From a virus, in the IMG/VR virus record IMGVR_UViG_3300046096_000411, positions 1 to 64,000 of that record: a stretch of DNA of 64,000 nt; one strand, written 5' to 3'. Position 1 is the stretch's first letter. Each line of letters begins with the position of its first letter. The translations under genes were made by a program, and so were the position numbers. The notes beneath the pieces were generated by a model. The model had not been told where the DNA came from. It saw only the letters and a program-made list of their open reading frames with translations, and did no database searches. Below are positions 18,137 to 27,923 of this stretch, piece by piece.

Positions 18137-18157
18137 AGAAAACTCCTAAGTTGGATG

Positions 18158-18184
18158 AAAACAAGCGCCCGGAGGCGCTTGTTT
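18158..18184 (-). terminator. Hairpin / terminator after major capsid gene
   Basis: Perfect 11-bp IR aaacaagcgcc-cgga-ggcgcttgttt. Confidence 0.75.
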
Positions 18185-18202
18185 GATTTTACCGATCTAC
18201 GA

Positions 18203-19711
18203 TCAGCCGTGCGGACGCCATGTGCTAGTTGCGGGAAGAATATTCTTCACGAAACCATGATGTTTCGGCTTGGTCACACGCAGGAAACCGAAGAGGAACT
18301 GGAACCACGATTGCACTGGCACGCCACCCACGCCGAAAGGCAATGGAATCTTGGTCATCGGCTGGAACTGGCGCCATCCGATTGCATCAGCCGACTGAGC
18401 CAGGTTCAACACTGGCACCTTGCAAGTACCAGGGATGTCGCGGTTCAAATCGGTAAACACGGTCGATGCACCAGTGCGGGGGATGATTTTCACCAAGCGC
18501 AGGTCGCTGGTACCGTCGGTACCATTCTGGCGGCCGCGATAGATCGCGTAGCCAGTCTCGGTGCCGGATGCGGACACAGTGATAGTCACGACAGCCTTCT
18601 TGCCTGCAGCCACGGCGATCTGGCCGGACTTCAGGATGGTGGACTGACCCTGACCAGCGCCGCCCACGCCGGCGACGGCGTAGTAGTAGTTACCAGCGCG
18701 AGGCGCGGTGAACTGGCTGGCTGCGTCGTCGGCTGTGGCGAGAACACCAATTGCGGCAGGCTTGAACGTGTTGTTAGCCGTGGCCAATGCGGGCTGCGAC
18801 ACCTCGAACGGCTTGGACATCACGAAGTCTGCGTGGTGCAGGAACGTGTCGATGTTGGTCTTCAACACGCCTTCGGTCAGGCGAATGCCGGACACGTGAG
18901 CGCCGACTGCCATGTTCTGGTTGCCACCATCTGGGCTCCAGCGGAATGCGGGGTCCAGACCCATGTTCAAGTCAGTCTGCACAGCAGTAGGCATGAACAC
19001 GTCGGTGATGCGGCCCCAAGAACCATAGTCAAACACCGAAGCGTTGATCTTGGCAAAAGGCTCCACGGAATTCAGGGGCAGGCCCTGCATGTCCACGACG
19101 TTGGAATCAGGCACATTGCCGGCTTCGATTTCCGCTTCGATCTGGGCAAAGATGCCATCGAACTCGGTTGGGCAAGCCTTGCTGTTTCCGTAGAACAACA
19201 GGTACTCAGCGTCGGTCATCAACTGCAGGGCGCCGTTGCGCTCTTCCACAGCGGTGGCTTCCACGATGTTCTTGCCGATGTTCAGCACGTAGCCGACCTG
19301 GCGCAAAGTCATCAGGAACTTGACCATGCCAACTTCACGGCTGTACTCGCCCTGAGCTGAGCGAACAACACCCATCTGGGAGTTGGTCGAACCGCCGAGG
19401 AATCCACCGATGCCAGTCTGGCGGGTGTACTCGTCAACGATGTTAGTCGCGTTGGTCTGCTGCAAGCGCTTGAACAACACGAAGTGTTCCTGCTCCTGAA
19501 TGGTGGTCTTCATGGCGGTGTCCAAAGACTGCACGCCCAGAGCGCCACCACCGGTCAGGGTGGAAACGTCGGTCTGGTACGAGCTGGCTTCGAGGGCCTT
19601 CTTCAGATCGCCCATGGCGTCCAAAGAGCCGCCCATAGAGGCGCCGAGGGAGGGATTGCTGCCGCCGGGGGCCATGCCCGCAAACTGCTGCATCAAGGTT
19701 TGAGCGTCCAT
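18203..19711 (-). CDS. Major capsid protein
   Basis: 502 aa after protease and scaffold; GALGVQSLD, EYLLFYGN...EFDGI motifs like SPO1/Twort-type capsids; putative cleavage LKK/AL. Confidence 0.9.
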   Translation of the reverse strand: MDAQTLMQQFAGMAPGGSNPSLGASMGGSLDAMGDLKKALEASSYQTDVSTLTGGGALGVQSLDTAMKTTIQEQEHFVLFKRLQQTNATNIVDEYTRQTGIGGFLGGSTNSQMGVVRSAQGEYSREVGMVKFLMTLRQVGYVLNIGKNIVEATAVEERNGALQLMTDAEYLLFYGNSKACPTEFDGIFAQIEAEIEAGNVPDSNVVDMQGLPLNSVEPFAKINASVFDYGSWGRITDVFMPTAVQTDLNMGLDPAFRWSPDGGNQNMAVGAHVSGIRLTEGVLKTNIDTFLHHADFVMSKPFEVSQPALATANNTFKPAAIGVLATADDAASQFTAPRAGNYYYAVAGVGGAGQGQSTILKSGQIAVAAGKKAVVTITVSASGTETGYAIYRGRQNGTDGTSDLRLVKIIPRTGASTVFTDLNRDIPGTCKVPVLNLAQSADAIGWRQFQPMTKIPLPFGVGGVPVQSWFQFLFGFLRVTKPKHHGFVKNILPATSTWRPHG

Positions 19712-19749
19712 TGCTGTGTCCTTAAGAGTAAAAGTTAATGATGCCGCGA

Positions 19750-20385
19750 TCAGGCGAGGGCGATCTTTTGGATCAAGCCCGGCTCAATTGGGTGATTGCC
19801 GCGTAAGCTAACGCTCACCACATTGAGTTCTTTGCCGCTGATCTTCCCGGCATCGAAAGCTGCATTAGCCTTGGCGAAAAACTGCTCGGGCGAGATACCC
19901 GCGTCAGCATTGGCCTTGGCCATCGTGTCGCCGATGGCGGGCTTCTCGATCATGGTCAGCATGGCTTTGCGGCCGCGACCTTGTGACGAGAGACTGGCCA
20001 CTTGGGCAGACAACGACTTGATCATGTCGCCTTGCTTGCGCACGACGGTACTAAAAGAGTTCAACGCTTTAGCCAGTACATCATCGGACTGGGTCTGGCG
20101 TTCCATTAGGGACTTCACCAGATCGGTGGCATCGACGGCTTCATGGCTTGCGCCAGACTCGTCGGTGAACGCGAAAGATTTGCCAAAGTCTGGTTTGTCG
20201 CCAGCGGCTGCAGGGGCAGCGACGCCACCATCAGCGGCAGCTGCTGCAATTGCGGCGTCGTCACCATCCTCGTCGTCTTCATCTTCGACGGGAACAGGTG
20301 GCTCAGCGATAGCCTTGGCCATCGTGTCGGTTTCGGTGCTAATGGCACCAAGCTCTTCAAGGAGCGCTTCAAAGTTCTTGCTCAT
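19750..20385 (-). CDS. Capsid scaffolding protein
   Basis: Acidic/helical, between protease and MCP, about seven hydrophobic-x-K-(S/A) sites. Confidence 0.75.
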   Translation of the reverse strand: MSKNFEALLEELGAISTETDTMAKAIAEPPVPVEDEDDEDGDDAAIAAAAADGGVAAPAAAGDKPDFGKSFAFTDESGASHEAVDATDLVKSLMERQTQSDDVLAKALNSFSTVVRKQGDMIKSLSAQVASLSSQGRGRKAMLTMIEKPAIGDTMAKANADAGISPEQFFAKANAAFDAGKISGKELNVVSVSLRGNHPIEPGLIQKIALA

Positions 20386-21290
20386 TTAATTCTCCGGTTT
20401 TTGGAAAGACCTGATTTTAGATCACCTAGAAAGCGATCCACCCACTCGGCCGACTCATCGAGCGAGAGCACGAAGGCTTCTGCGCTGTAGTGCATCAAGC
20501 CATTCGCAGACGTGTCGCTGACCTTGCCGCTTTTGACGGCGGCCGCGAGACGTTCACGAAAGTCGAAATATGACTTCGGGGAGCGCGACCCACCGTCCAA
20601 GGACTGAGTGGTCAGAGCGGCTCCGCCGGTTTTTGCTGTGGCATCCGTGGCGTAAGAGGCTTCGAGGGCTTTGGCCATATCGAAGCCGCCCGCGCCCCAG
20701 GACTTCGCCAGGACACCGAAAGGGATCGTAGACACACCACCGACGGTTTGATTCACCGGGTGCTGGCTAAGTGCGATGTTTGTCCAACGCACGCCACTGA
20801 CGACGCCAACGCGGTCGCCGGTATCGGGGTCGATGCGGGTGGACTTGGCTAACACCTTGCCGCCAACGCTGGGGTACCACTTGCGGGGCGGGCTCAGCTT
20901 CGTCATGCTGTCCCACACCTCATTTGCGCGCTTGGCTAGTGGCGTGTCGCCGGTAAAGAGTTGAGCCTTCACGAAGGTAGATGCGCCGCTCACACGGACA
21001 TCAACTGGCGTGCCGATTTCCCAGTGCTCTGGGTTGTCGATGCCGTACATCTTGGCGACGGCTGGCATTGATTTGTGGTCGAGGTCGATGTTACCGAACT
21101 TGAGGTAGTGCCCGGCCGACTCTTCAAGAGCCTTTGCCAGAACAATCTCGTTCTGCTGGTCTCGCGCCTCGCGGGAAGCCTCCAGATAGACGAATCGACT
21201 CCCGCCTTCCTGAGCAGGCGTGGCTTTCAGCATCATTTCGATACTGAGGTAATCGGGGAGGTCCGCAATCAGCTGCGCTTCGCTGGTCAT
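20382..21290 (-). CDS. Prohead (maturation) protease
   Basis: EASREARDQQNEIV, GNIDLDH (His), YPSVGG (Ser), IALSQHPVN of herpes/HK97-fold prohead proteases. Confidence 0.85.
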   Translation of the reverse strand: MTSEAQLIADLPDYLSIEMMLKATPAQEGGSRFVYLEASREARDQQNEIVLAKALEESAGHYLKFGNIDLDHKSMPAVAKMYGIDNPEHWEIGTPVDVRVSGASTFVKAQLFTGDTPLAKRANEVWDSMTKLSPPRKWYPSVGGKVLAKSTRIDPDTGDRVGVVSGVRWTNIALSQHPVNQTVGGVSTIPFGVLAKSWGAGGFDMAKALEASYATDATAKTGGAALTTQSLDGGSRSPKSYFDFRERLAAAVKSGKVSDTSANGLMHYSAEAFVLSLDESAEWVDRFLGDLKSGLSKNRRIK

Positions 21291-21312
21291 GAGCGAATTC
21301 TTGCGTCACGAC
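21291..21312 (-). promoter_or_regulatory. Late-promoter motif, leaderless (GTCGTGA cgca AGAAT tcgctc ATG)
   Basis: TCACGAC at 21306-21312; first 16 nt identical to the 6060 copy. Confidence 0.85.
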
Positions 21313-21337
21313 TGACGGCGCGGGTGACGACCCGGAT

Positions 21338-21595
21338 TTACTCGCCCAACGCCTGCCGTGCCTTCGCAATAACGGTGCCGAGTTGGCCGCGTTCATTAAT
21401 TAGGGACAGATAGCGCTCCTGCGACGCATCGGGTGCAGTCTCGACGCCGGGGTGCAGGCGCTCGATGGCGGCATTCACCTCGTCAAGACGGGACGTTGCG
21501 CTTTGCAGGATGCGGCGCTCGGCGGCCTCGGTCTTGGCGGCCAGGCTGTGCAGCTCACCCAAGTGAGCCCGGGTGTTCTCGATGTGCTTCTTCAT
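21338..21595 (-). CDS. Hypothetical coiled-coil protein
   Basis: 85 aa helical ORF, ATGA overlap with upstream gene. Confidence 0.65.
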   Translation of the reverse strand: MKKHIENTRAHLGELHSLAAKTEAAERRILQSATSRLDEVNAAIERLHPGVETAPDASQERYLSLINERGQLGTVIAKARQALGE

Positions 21596-21786
21596 TTGCG
21601 CACCTCAGCGAGACACTGCGACCGAAGGTCGGCCCGCTGGATCGAGTAGCACTGGCTAGGCTCCCGGTGGGCTCGCGCCAGACACATAGTGCGGGCGTCG
21701 GCGTCCTGGATGTTGTAGCAGGCGCTGGTATTGGCGACTGCGCCGGTTGCGGCGAATGCAAGGATTAGTGCGGCAAGAGTTCTCAT
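21592..21786 (-). CDS. Small secreted protein with two Cys repeats
   Basis: Signal peptide MRTLAALILAFAATGAVA; repeats CYNIQDADARTMCLA / CYSIQRADLRSQCLA. Confidence 0.7.
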   Translation of the reverse strand: MRTLAALILAFAATGAVANTSACYNIQDADARTMCLARAHREPSQCYSIQRADLRSQCLAEVRK

Positions 21787-21800
21787 GGCGTGAGGTTACC

Positions 21801-24800
21801 TCAAAACAAACCCTGCTGGTCGGACTGCGCTGCCGCGCGCCGGGCCGCAATGGCACCAGCCACGCCAGTATCGTCAAGCCCATCCAGCGGCGAAGCCATC
21901 ATATTCTTGAGTCCGTACTTGCGGTCCAGTCGCTCGCGGCTGCGGCGTTCCTCCGGGTGGTCACCCTGCAGGTCGATCAGCTCCACGCCATTCTTCTGCC
22001 CCAGGCGGTGAATGCGGGCATTCCGCTGGCTGTGCGTCTTGGCCGTCTGGCTGATATCGTGCTGGATCAGGAACTGGCCCGATTGCAGGTTCATGCCCAC
22101 GGCACCAGCATCGGACGCAATCAACACGTCGGCTTGCGCCTCACCCTGCTCCGGGTTGAACATTCGGCGCTTGGCGTCTTTTTCCTTGGCGCTGTCGCTG
22201 CCTGTGATGACCACTACCTTGCGCCCGGCCTTCTCCATGGCTGCCTTGTACTGGCTGACGGCCTCGCGGTTGCGGGCGAAGATCACGCCCTGCTTGCCCG
22301 GCCGCGCCTGCACCATCTCCACGGCGCGCTGCACCTTGGCGTTGTCGGGGTGGGTGTTGATAACGCGGTTCACCGCCGACGACTTGAGCATGCCCACGGC
22401 CTTCTGCAGCTTGGCGGCCACGGCCTCGTGCTCCGCCTCGGGAACACCATCAAACGAACCGGGCGAGATGTGGCGCACGGCCTCCACGTCCACCTTGCCA
22501 GCGCGCTGCGCCAGGCGAGCGCGGGCCAGGTGCTTGTCGAGCTCACCAAGAGCCTGTTGCTGCCCCTTGGACAGCGGCACGGTCTCCGTGCTGCGGCTGA
22601 CGGCGACGTCGGGCGTGATGGAGGTCGGGAACACGTAGCGGGCCATTTCCCGCTGCAGCGCCTCCTTGCTGGCGATGGTGTCAGCGCCATAGCGGCGCAT
22701 GAAGGCCGCCCGGTCGCCGTAGCGGCTGGGGTCCATCTTTTGCAGCATCGAGTGAATCTCGCTGGCGTCGTTCTTTACCGGGTCGCCTGACGAGAGCACG
22801 TGGTACGGTGTGTGGTGGCCGACCGCCTCGATGACGTTGGCCAGGCTGGAATTTTCCTTCCCCGCCCGGTTTAGTGTGTCGTGGGACTCGTCCACAAACG
22901 AAGCGTCGAAGTTGATACCCTCTTTCCCCATCACGCCAGCCGCCCAATCGCGCCGCTGGTCGGTGCTCATACTCTGCAGCTTCGCCGTCATGGCGCCTTC
23001 GTCAATTCCGGCGTGCTTGGCGCCGAGGTGCACCATGTCGTCGCGGAAGGATTGGTGGGTCATGACGCAAATGTGCGTGCCGGCGTCCTTGTAGGCTGCG
23101 ATGCGCTCGGACTGGCTCGCCCCGGGCTGAATGTGGGTCTTGAACTTGCCGGGTTCCAGCAGGCGCAATGCCTCGCCGGAGAATTGGCCCTGCACGACGG
23201 ATGGCACCATCATGATCGACCGCTTGACCTTTCCCATGCCAGACAGGTGCGCGTGGGAACCGAGCATCATGTTGGTTTTGCCTGACCCGGCACCGGCGGC
23301 CAGCATGGCGCGCTTATTGGCTGCTACCAGCTTGATCGCGCGCTGCTGGGCGGCGTACTTGCCCGACATGGATACGCCCCATAGCTTCGTGGGCTGGCCG
23401 GGTTTGAAATTCTCGCCAACGTGGCCCACCATGGCCGCAATCTGCCGCTCGGCGGCGTGCCCCAAGGTGTGGCGCTCGTCAGCCCCCAGCGGCACGGGAG
23501 CGCCGTCCTGACCGGGTCCAGTGGACTCCGGTGCGTCCTCGGACGAAAAGAACCCCATCTGCGCCTGCTCAAACGCGGCCTGCTCCTGCTTGGCGGCGTC
23601 AATCTTGTCGGCAACTGAGCCGCTGGAATACTTGCCACCCACCCGGTTGCGCAGCCGGTCCACCAGCTCTTTGTCCTTTGCCAGCCGAGCCTCGCGGGCG
23701 GCTGGGTCAACGGCGTCCAAGTGGTTGAGGTTGTTTCGGATGGTGCGCTTGCCCAGCTTCATGGGCGCGTCCGGGTTGAGCTTGTTGTGGGCGTCGATAA
23801 ACGAGCTGGCCATCTTCGAGCGAATAACGTCCTGCACGGCTTCGTAGGCACGCTCGTTGCCGCCCATTGTCTTGAGGTACTTGGACCACGTGAGGCTGCT
23901 GGCGTTGAGCTTGGCAGCCATGCCGTCGCGGTGCGTTTTCCAGTCCTGCCAATCAGGGTTGGGCACAGTGTCCCCGAACATATCGGTAGACTCTTTCTCG
24001 GGCTCGCCGGCGATGTGTTCCTCCAGCTCCTTGCGCATGGCACCAGCGGCGGCGTCCTCACGGGCGATGTGGCGGTAAAAATGCTCGCGCAGGGCAGATT
24101 GGTCCTTGTTGGTCAGCTCGCCGATTTGCTTGTAGGCGGCGGTGCCCTCTGGGGTTTCCGCCAGCGCACGGTGGAGCGCGTCCACAGAGTGCTGGTCAAT
24201 CTGGAATTTCTGCCGGTTGAGCGTGGTGCGCTCGCCTCCCAAGGCGGCCACGTGGCTGTCGGCGTATTTATCGAAGGTGTCAGCCAGCGCCTCAGCGCGC
24301 TGCTGCTTGCCGTCCGCGCCCTTGAGTGGGGCCACGGCGTCCAGCGCAGCGCGGTATTCCTCCGTGCGCCCTGCCCCGACCTTTTGGAAGAAGTCGGCGG
24401 ATTGAACGTCGGACAGGATGTCGGCTGGAGCGTCGCCGTCTGCGGCCCGCGCCCCAATATAGGTCTTCAGGCTGGCCTGCAGGTCTTCACCAGGCTGGAA
24501 CGGCTGCGCCATGCGCTCGGCCACGCCAGACTTCACGTCCATGACCATGTCGGGCCGATTGGCGACGCCCATGGGTAGCCAGCCGTCCTCGTCGTGGTCG
24601 CCGCGCATGATTGCCAGATTGCGCCGCACTTGGGCAATGTCCTCGCGCGCAACGGGCTTGGCAAGGCGCGCCATGCCAGCAGGCGTGACGGTGAGGAATG
24701 TGTCGCCACCGACTTTCTCCAGCTCGTAGTCGCCGGGCTGGAGCCCAATCGCCCGAACCTGCGTGATCGCAGCCTCGGGCGACGTGTTGCCAAGGGATAC

Positions 24801-26351
24801 CTGAAAGTCGCCGGAACCCGGGCCTTTCATGGCAACCACCAGTGCGGCGTTCGCCTCCATCTCGCCCAATGCCTGCCCCAAGATGCGCTGAGCATCCCCG
24901 ACGGCAGCGCGGCGGCGCGAATTCAGCTCTTGGGCCACCGCTAGGTCGGCGCCTGTTTTGGCCTCGTCCGAGAGGTCGATGGCGGCCGCGGCGTCGGTCA
25001 GCTCCCGCGCTTGCTTCAGCGCCTTGGTGCTGGTGGCCATGTAGTGGTTGACGTGCCAGTCCTGGATGCCCTCGGCGACGTGCTGAACCTCGTCAGGATT
25101 GAGGTCGGAGTGCAGGCGGCGCGCCAGCACCTGAGCGGCGCCAGCCACACCCAGCACGTCCACCACGGAGCGATCCACGAGGGCGTCACCACCCACGGCC
25201 ATAGCCAGTGCGTTGATGCTGTTGTACGCCCCAACGCCCATGTGCCCACCCAAGGTCTCGTTTGGCTGAGCCCCTGCGATTTTGCCAACTTCGGACAGAA
25301 AAGCGCGGGTCTGAGCGGTGCGTAGGTCGTTCTTGAGGTCTTCCTGCACCGAAGCGTCCACGTCGTCCGTAGTCTCCAGCACGAATGCCTTGGGCTCCAC
25401 GGGTGACTTGTCCACGTCGGCGTTGGCCTCTCGGGCGGCCTTTTCGATGAGTGCGAGCTTCTTGCCCTCCTTCACCAGATCGAGGGCGTCCTTGGCGGAA
25501 ATCAGGCTGGCGTCAGCCTTTGGTGCAGCGGGCTCCTTGATGCCAGCCAGCTCCTGTTTGATTAGTTTGGCGGCGTCGCCTTTTGCCAGTGCCTTCTGGC
25601 GCTGCTCGGGCGTCATGCCGCCCGTTTTCACTTCGGCCGCTTCGGCTTCGAGATTCTCCTGCGACAGCCCGGCAGCCTCGGCACGACCTTTGTAGTCGGC
25701 TTGGAACCCCAGCCCAGCACCAACCGGACGAACAGGGTCAAGGTCGGCGGCAGACACCTCATCAGGCGAATCGGAGAACAGCGGAACCTCGCCAACGCCG
25801 GCCTCTTCACGCGCGGCGGGGCTTATCACCAGCATTTGACGGCTCTGCTGGATTACCTCCTTGGCCTTGCTGAGCAGGTCGCGGTGGAATTTTGACCGCA
25901 CCTTGTCGCGCGCTGATTCGGATAAATGCTCGTAGTCGGCCTCGGGGAACTCCATGTCCTCGGGAGCCCAGCCTGCCTTTTTGGCGACGGCGCTGATAAC
26001 CGACTGCTCGGCCTTCTTGCGCTGCTCTGCAATGTCCTTGCGGACCTGCTCCTTGGCACCATGGATGCCGGCGGCTTTGTCAGCGGCGGTTTGTTCTTTG
26101 CGTGCAACACGCTTATCGGCGGCCTTTTTCCCGGCTTCAGCCTTGTAATCAGAGTGCGATTTAACGCCTCGCAGCTTGAGGTAGTTCAAGCTGCCGCCAG
26201 CGCCACCAATGACGCGAGCAGAGCCATCCGGGTGCGGCTGGATGAGCACGGCCTGACCCTTCGACCCGGGGCCGTTTGGATGGACTGTGATCCAGTGGGC
26301 GTCAGCCGGAATTGCGTCGGCCTTGATGAGAAGTCGTGGGATTTGCCGCAT
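21801..26351 (-). CDS. Large SF2/SNF2-type helicase, putative virion-packaged (DarB-like)
   Basis: Walker A GAGSGKT, VDESH, SGDP, GMNLQ, QRNARIHRLGQ in C-terminal third; N-terminal PRLLIK/A tag; located in head module. Confidence 0.85.
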   Translation of the reverse strand: MRQIPRLLIKADAIPADAHWITVHPNGPGSKGQAVLIQPHPDGSARVIGGAGGSLNYLKLRGVKSHSDYKAEAGKKAADKRVARKEQTAADKAAGIHGAKEQVRKDIAEQRKKAEQSVISAVAKKAGWAPEDMEFPEADYEHLSESARDKVRSKFHRDLLSKAKEVIQQSRQMLVISPAAREEAGVGEVPLFSDSPDEVSAADLDPVRPVGAGLGFQADYKGRAEAAGLSQENLEAEAAEVKTGGMTPEQRQKALAKGDAAKLIKQELAGIKEPAAPKADASLISAKDALDLVKEGKKLALIEKAAREANADVDKSPVEPKAFVLETTDDVDASVQEDLKNDLRTAQTRAFLSEVGKIAGAQPNETLGGHMGVGAYNSINALAMAVGGDALVDRSVVDVLGVAGAAQVLARRLHSDLNPDEVQHVAEGIQDWHVNHYMATSTKALKQARELTDAAAAIDLSDEAKTGADLAVAQELNSRRRAAVGDAQRILGQALGEMEANAALVVAMKGPGSGDFQVSLGNTSPEAAITQVRAIGLQPGDYELEKVGGDTFLTVTPAGMARLAKPVAREDIAQVRRNLAIMRGDHDEDGWLPMGVANRPDMVMDVKSGVAERMAQPFQPGEDLQASLKTYIGARAADGDAPADILSDVQSADFFQKVGAGRTEEYRAALDAVAPLKGADGKQQRAEALADTFDKYADSHVAALGGERTTLNRQKFQIDQHSVDALHRALAETPEGTAAYKQIGELTNKDQSALREHFYRHIAREDAAAGAMRKELEEHIAGEPEKESTDMFGDTVPNPDWQDWKTHRDGMAAKLNASSLTWSKYLKTMGGNERAYEAVQDVIRSKMASSFIDAHNKLNPDAPMKLGKRTIRNNLNHLDAVDPAAREARLAKDKELVDRLRNRVGGKYSSGSVADKIDAAKQEQAAFEQAQMGFFSSEDAPESTGPGQDGAPVPLGADERHTLGHAAERQIAAMVGHVGENFKPGQPTKLWGVSMSGKYAAQQRAIKLVAANKRAMLAAGAGSGKTNMMLGSHAHLSGMGKVKRSIMMVPSVVQGQFSGEALRLLEPGKFKTHIQPGASQSERIAAYKDAGTHICVMTHQSFRDDMVHLGAKHAGIDEGAMTAKLQSMSTDQRRDWAAGVMGKEGINFDASFVDESHDTLNRAGKENSSLANVIEAVGHHTPYHVLSSGDPVKNDASEIHSMLQKMDPSRYGDRAAFMRRYGADTIASKEALQREMARYVFPTSITPDVAVSRSTETVPLSKGQQQALGELDKHLARARLAQRAGKVDVEAVRHISPGSFDGVPEAEHEAVAAKLQKAVGMLKSSAVNRVINTHPDNAKVQRAVEMVQARPGKQGVIFARNREAVSQYKAAMEKAGRKVVVITGSDSAKEKDAKRRMFNPEQGEAQADVLIASDAGAVGMNLQSGQFLIQHDISQTAKTHSQRNARIHRLGQKNGVELIDLQGDHPEERRSRERLDRKYGLKNMMASPLDGLDDTGVAGAIAARRAAAQSDQQGLF

Positions 26352-26373
26352 CGTCAGAGGATACGGTCACGAC
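26352..26373 (-). promoter_or_regulatory. Late-promoter motif, leaderless (GTCGTGA ccgt ATCCT ctgacg ATG)
   Basis: TCACGAC at 26367-26373. Confidence 0.8.
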
Positions 26374-26389
26374 ACCATGATTCTTTTGG

Positions 26390-26785
26390 ATGAGAGACTT
26401 CGCCGAAATTGTGTGTTCTTACGCGGCGCCACAACAAAAACAGGGGGCAAGGGTGGGGAATGACAAACGCGCTCGCATTGAGCGCGCAAAGACGTTTGCA
26501 AAATCGGACGAGGGAATAAATGCAAGTCTGTCGGAGATGGCCGACTGCGCCTGCATGAGCCGCTTTCACTTCGCCCGAGTCTTCCGCGACGTTACGGGCA
26601 AGACTCCCATGGAGTACGTGCTGGAACAAAAAATGGAGTGCGCCAAGCGAAAGCTGGCTGCCGGGCGTTGCAGCCTCGCAAACGTGGCGGCGTCGTGCGG
26701 ATTTTCAGACCAGTCCCACATGACGCGGGTGTTTCGGCGCGACCAAGGGGAAACCCCGGCGCAATTCAAGCGCCGCCAAGAATAG
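26390..26785 (+). CDS. Stand-alone AraC-family DNA-binding protein (MarA/SoxS-like); true start may be GTG 26453
   Basis: SLSEMADCACMSRFHFARVFR...TPMEY...LANVAASCGFSDQSHMTRVFRR...TPAQF double HTH. Confidence 0.9.
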   Translation: MRDFAEIVCSYAAPQQKQGARVGNDKRARIERAKTFAKSDEGINASLSEMADCACMSRFHFARVFRDVTGKTPMEYVLEQKMECAKRKLAAGRCSLANVAASCGFSDQSHMTRVFRRDQGETPAQFKRRQE

Positions 26786-27923
26786 CCCGCAGCTCATCCG
26801 CAAAAGCCGGGTCGTCGCCTGGGGCGTCCTCAATCACGGGTACCCAGCGACCACGGCAATGCGGGTGAGCAAGTCCGGCTGGGATTTGCCACATCTCGTC
26901 TGGCTCGCGGTCCACCAGCACGTCACCGACGCGCTTCTTGGGGGATGCGGACCGGCCGACGTTGTTCTTTCCCGGCCAGATCATGGTGTCGGGGTTTTTG
27001 TCCGGGTGATCGGCGGCGACAACCGTGACCACGCGACCATCGATGCTGCGGCAGAAGGCGCACGCGCCCTCGTACCGCTCGACGCGCTGCACCTTGGTGC
27101 CGGGCTTCAGGTTGGCGATGTAGCCCTGCAACTGGGCCTCGCCGGCCTCGGTGACAGCGATGCGGCGCCAGTCTCGATTAAGGGCGCCGAACTCGTCCAG
27201 CAGTTTGGTCTGCAGGCTGCTGGTGCCGGGCGGCAGGTTGCCCAGCGCCCGCTGCTCCAGATCGGCGACCACCACGGCGCGCAGGCGGTGGCGGGTGTTG
27301 TCGGACAGGGCCTGAACGTGCTCAGCGGCACGCGCGCGCGCGAACGTGAGCACGGCCTGTGTGGCGGCAGACAGCGCAGTGGCTTGCGCCGCAGCTGACG
27401 GCAACACAGCCAGGATGGCGTCGGCCTGCTTCGCTGTGGGCGTCTTGCCTTCGAGGTTTGCCTGCACCTTGCCCATCATCGTGGCCTTGGTGGCGAGCCA
27501 GTCGGCCTCGGCCACGAGCTCGCCAGCGGGCAGGTGCCGCTGCACGACGTACTCGATGGCGATCATGTGGTCGTCCAACGTCCACACGGCGGGCGGCAGG
27601 CTTTCGAGGTACAGGCGCGCCAAGGACAGCTCCGCCTCGTTCCAGCGAGCGAGTGTGCCGGGCGGCGTTGGCTGGATGGATGCAGTGGGAATGTGGTTGG
27701 CGCCAGACTGCCACGCCAGCAGCTGCTGGTGCACGGCGTCCAGACGGGCGAGGCCGCGCTCGGTAAACAGCTCGATCAGGCGGCGCACCAATGGTGAATC
27801 GTGGGGCTTCCAAATTCCTTCAGACCCGTGGTCGTGGCCGTCGGAAAGCGCCTTGTAGAGCCCCTCCAACATATCGTTGGTGGCGCGGATCGGTACATGC
27901 AAGAGATCAAGGAATAAGCCCAT
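26766..27923 (-). CDS. MuF / SPP1 gp7-like minor head protein
   Basis: RRIAVTE, CAFC, HPHCRGRW motifs. Confidence 0.85.
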   Translation of the reverse strand: MGLFLDLLHVPIRATNDMLEGLYKALSDGHDHGSEGIWKPHDSPLVRRLIELFTERGLARLDAVHQQLLAWQSGANHIPTASIQPTPPGTLARWNEAELSLARLYLESLPPAVWTLDDHMIAIEYVVQRHLPAGELVAEADWLATKATMMGKVQANLEGKTPTAKQADAILAVLPSAAAQATALSAATQAVLTFARARAAEHVQALSDNTRHRLRAVVVADLEQRALGNLPPGTSSLQTKLLDEFGALNRDWRRIAVTEAGEAQLQGYIANLKPGTKVQRVERYEGACAFCRSIDGRVVTVVAADHPDKNPDTMIWPGKNNVGRSASPKKRVGDVLVDREPDEMWQIPAGLAHPHCRGRWVPVIEDAPGDDPAFADELRAILGGA

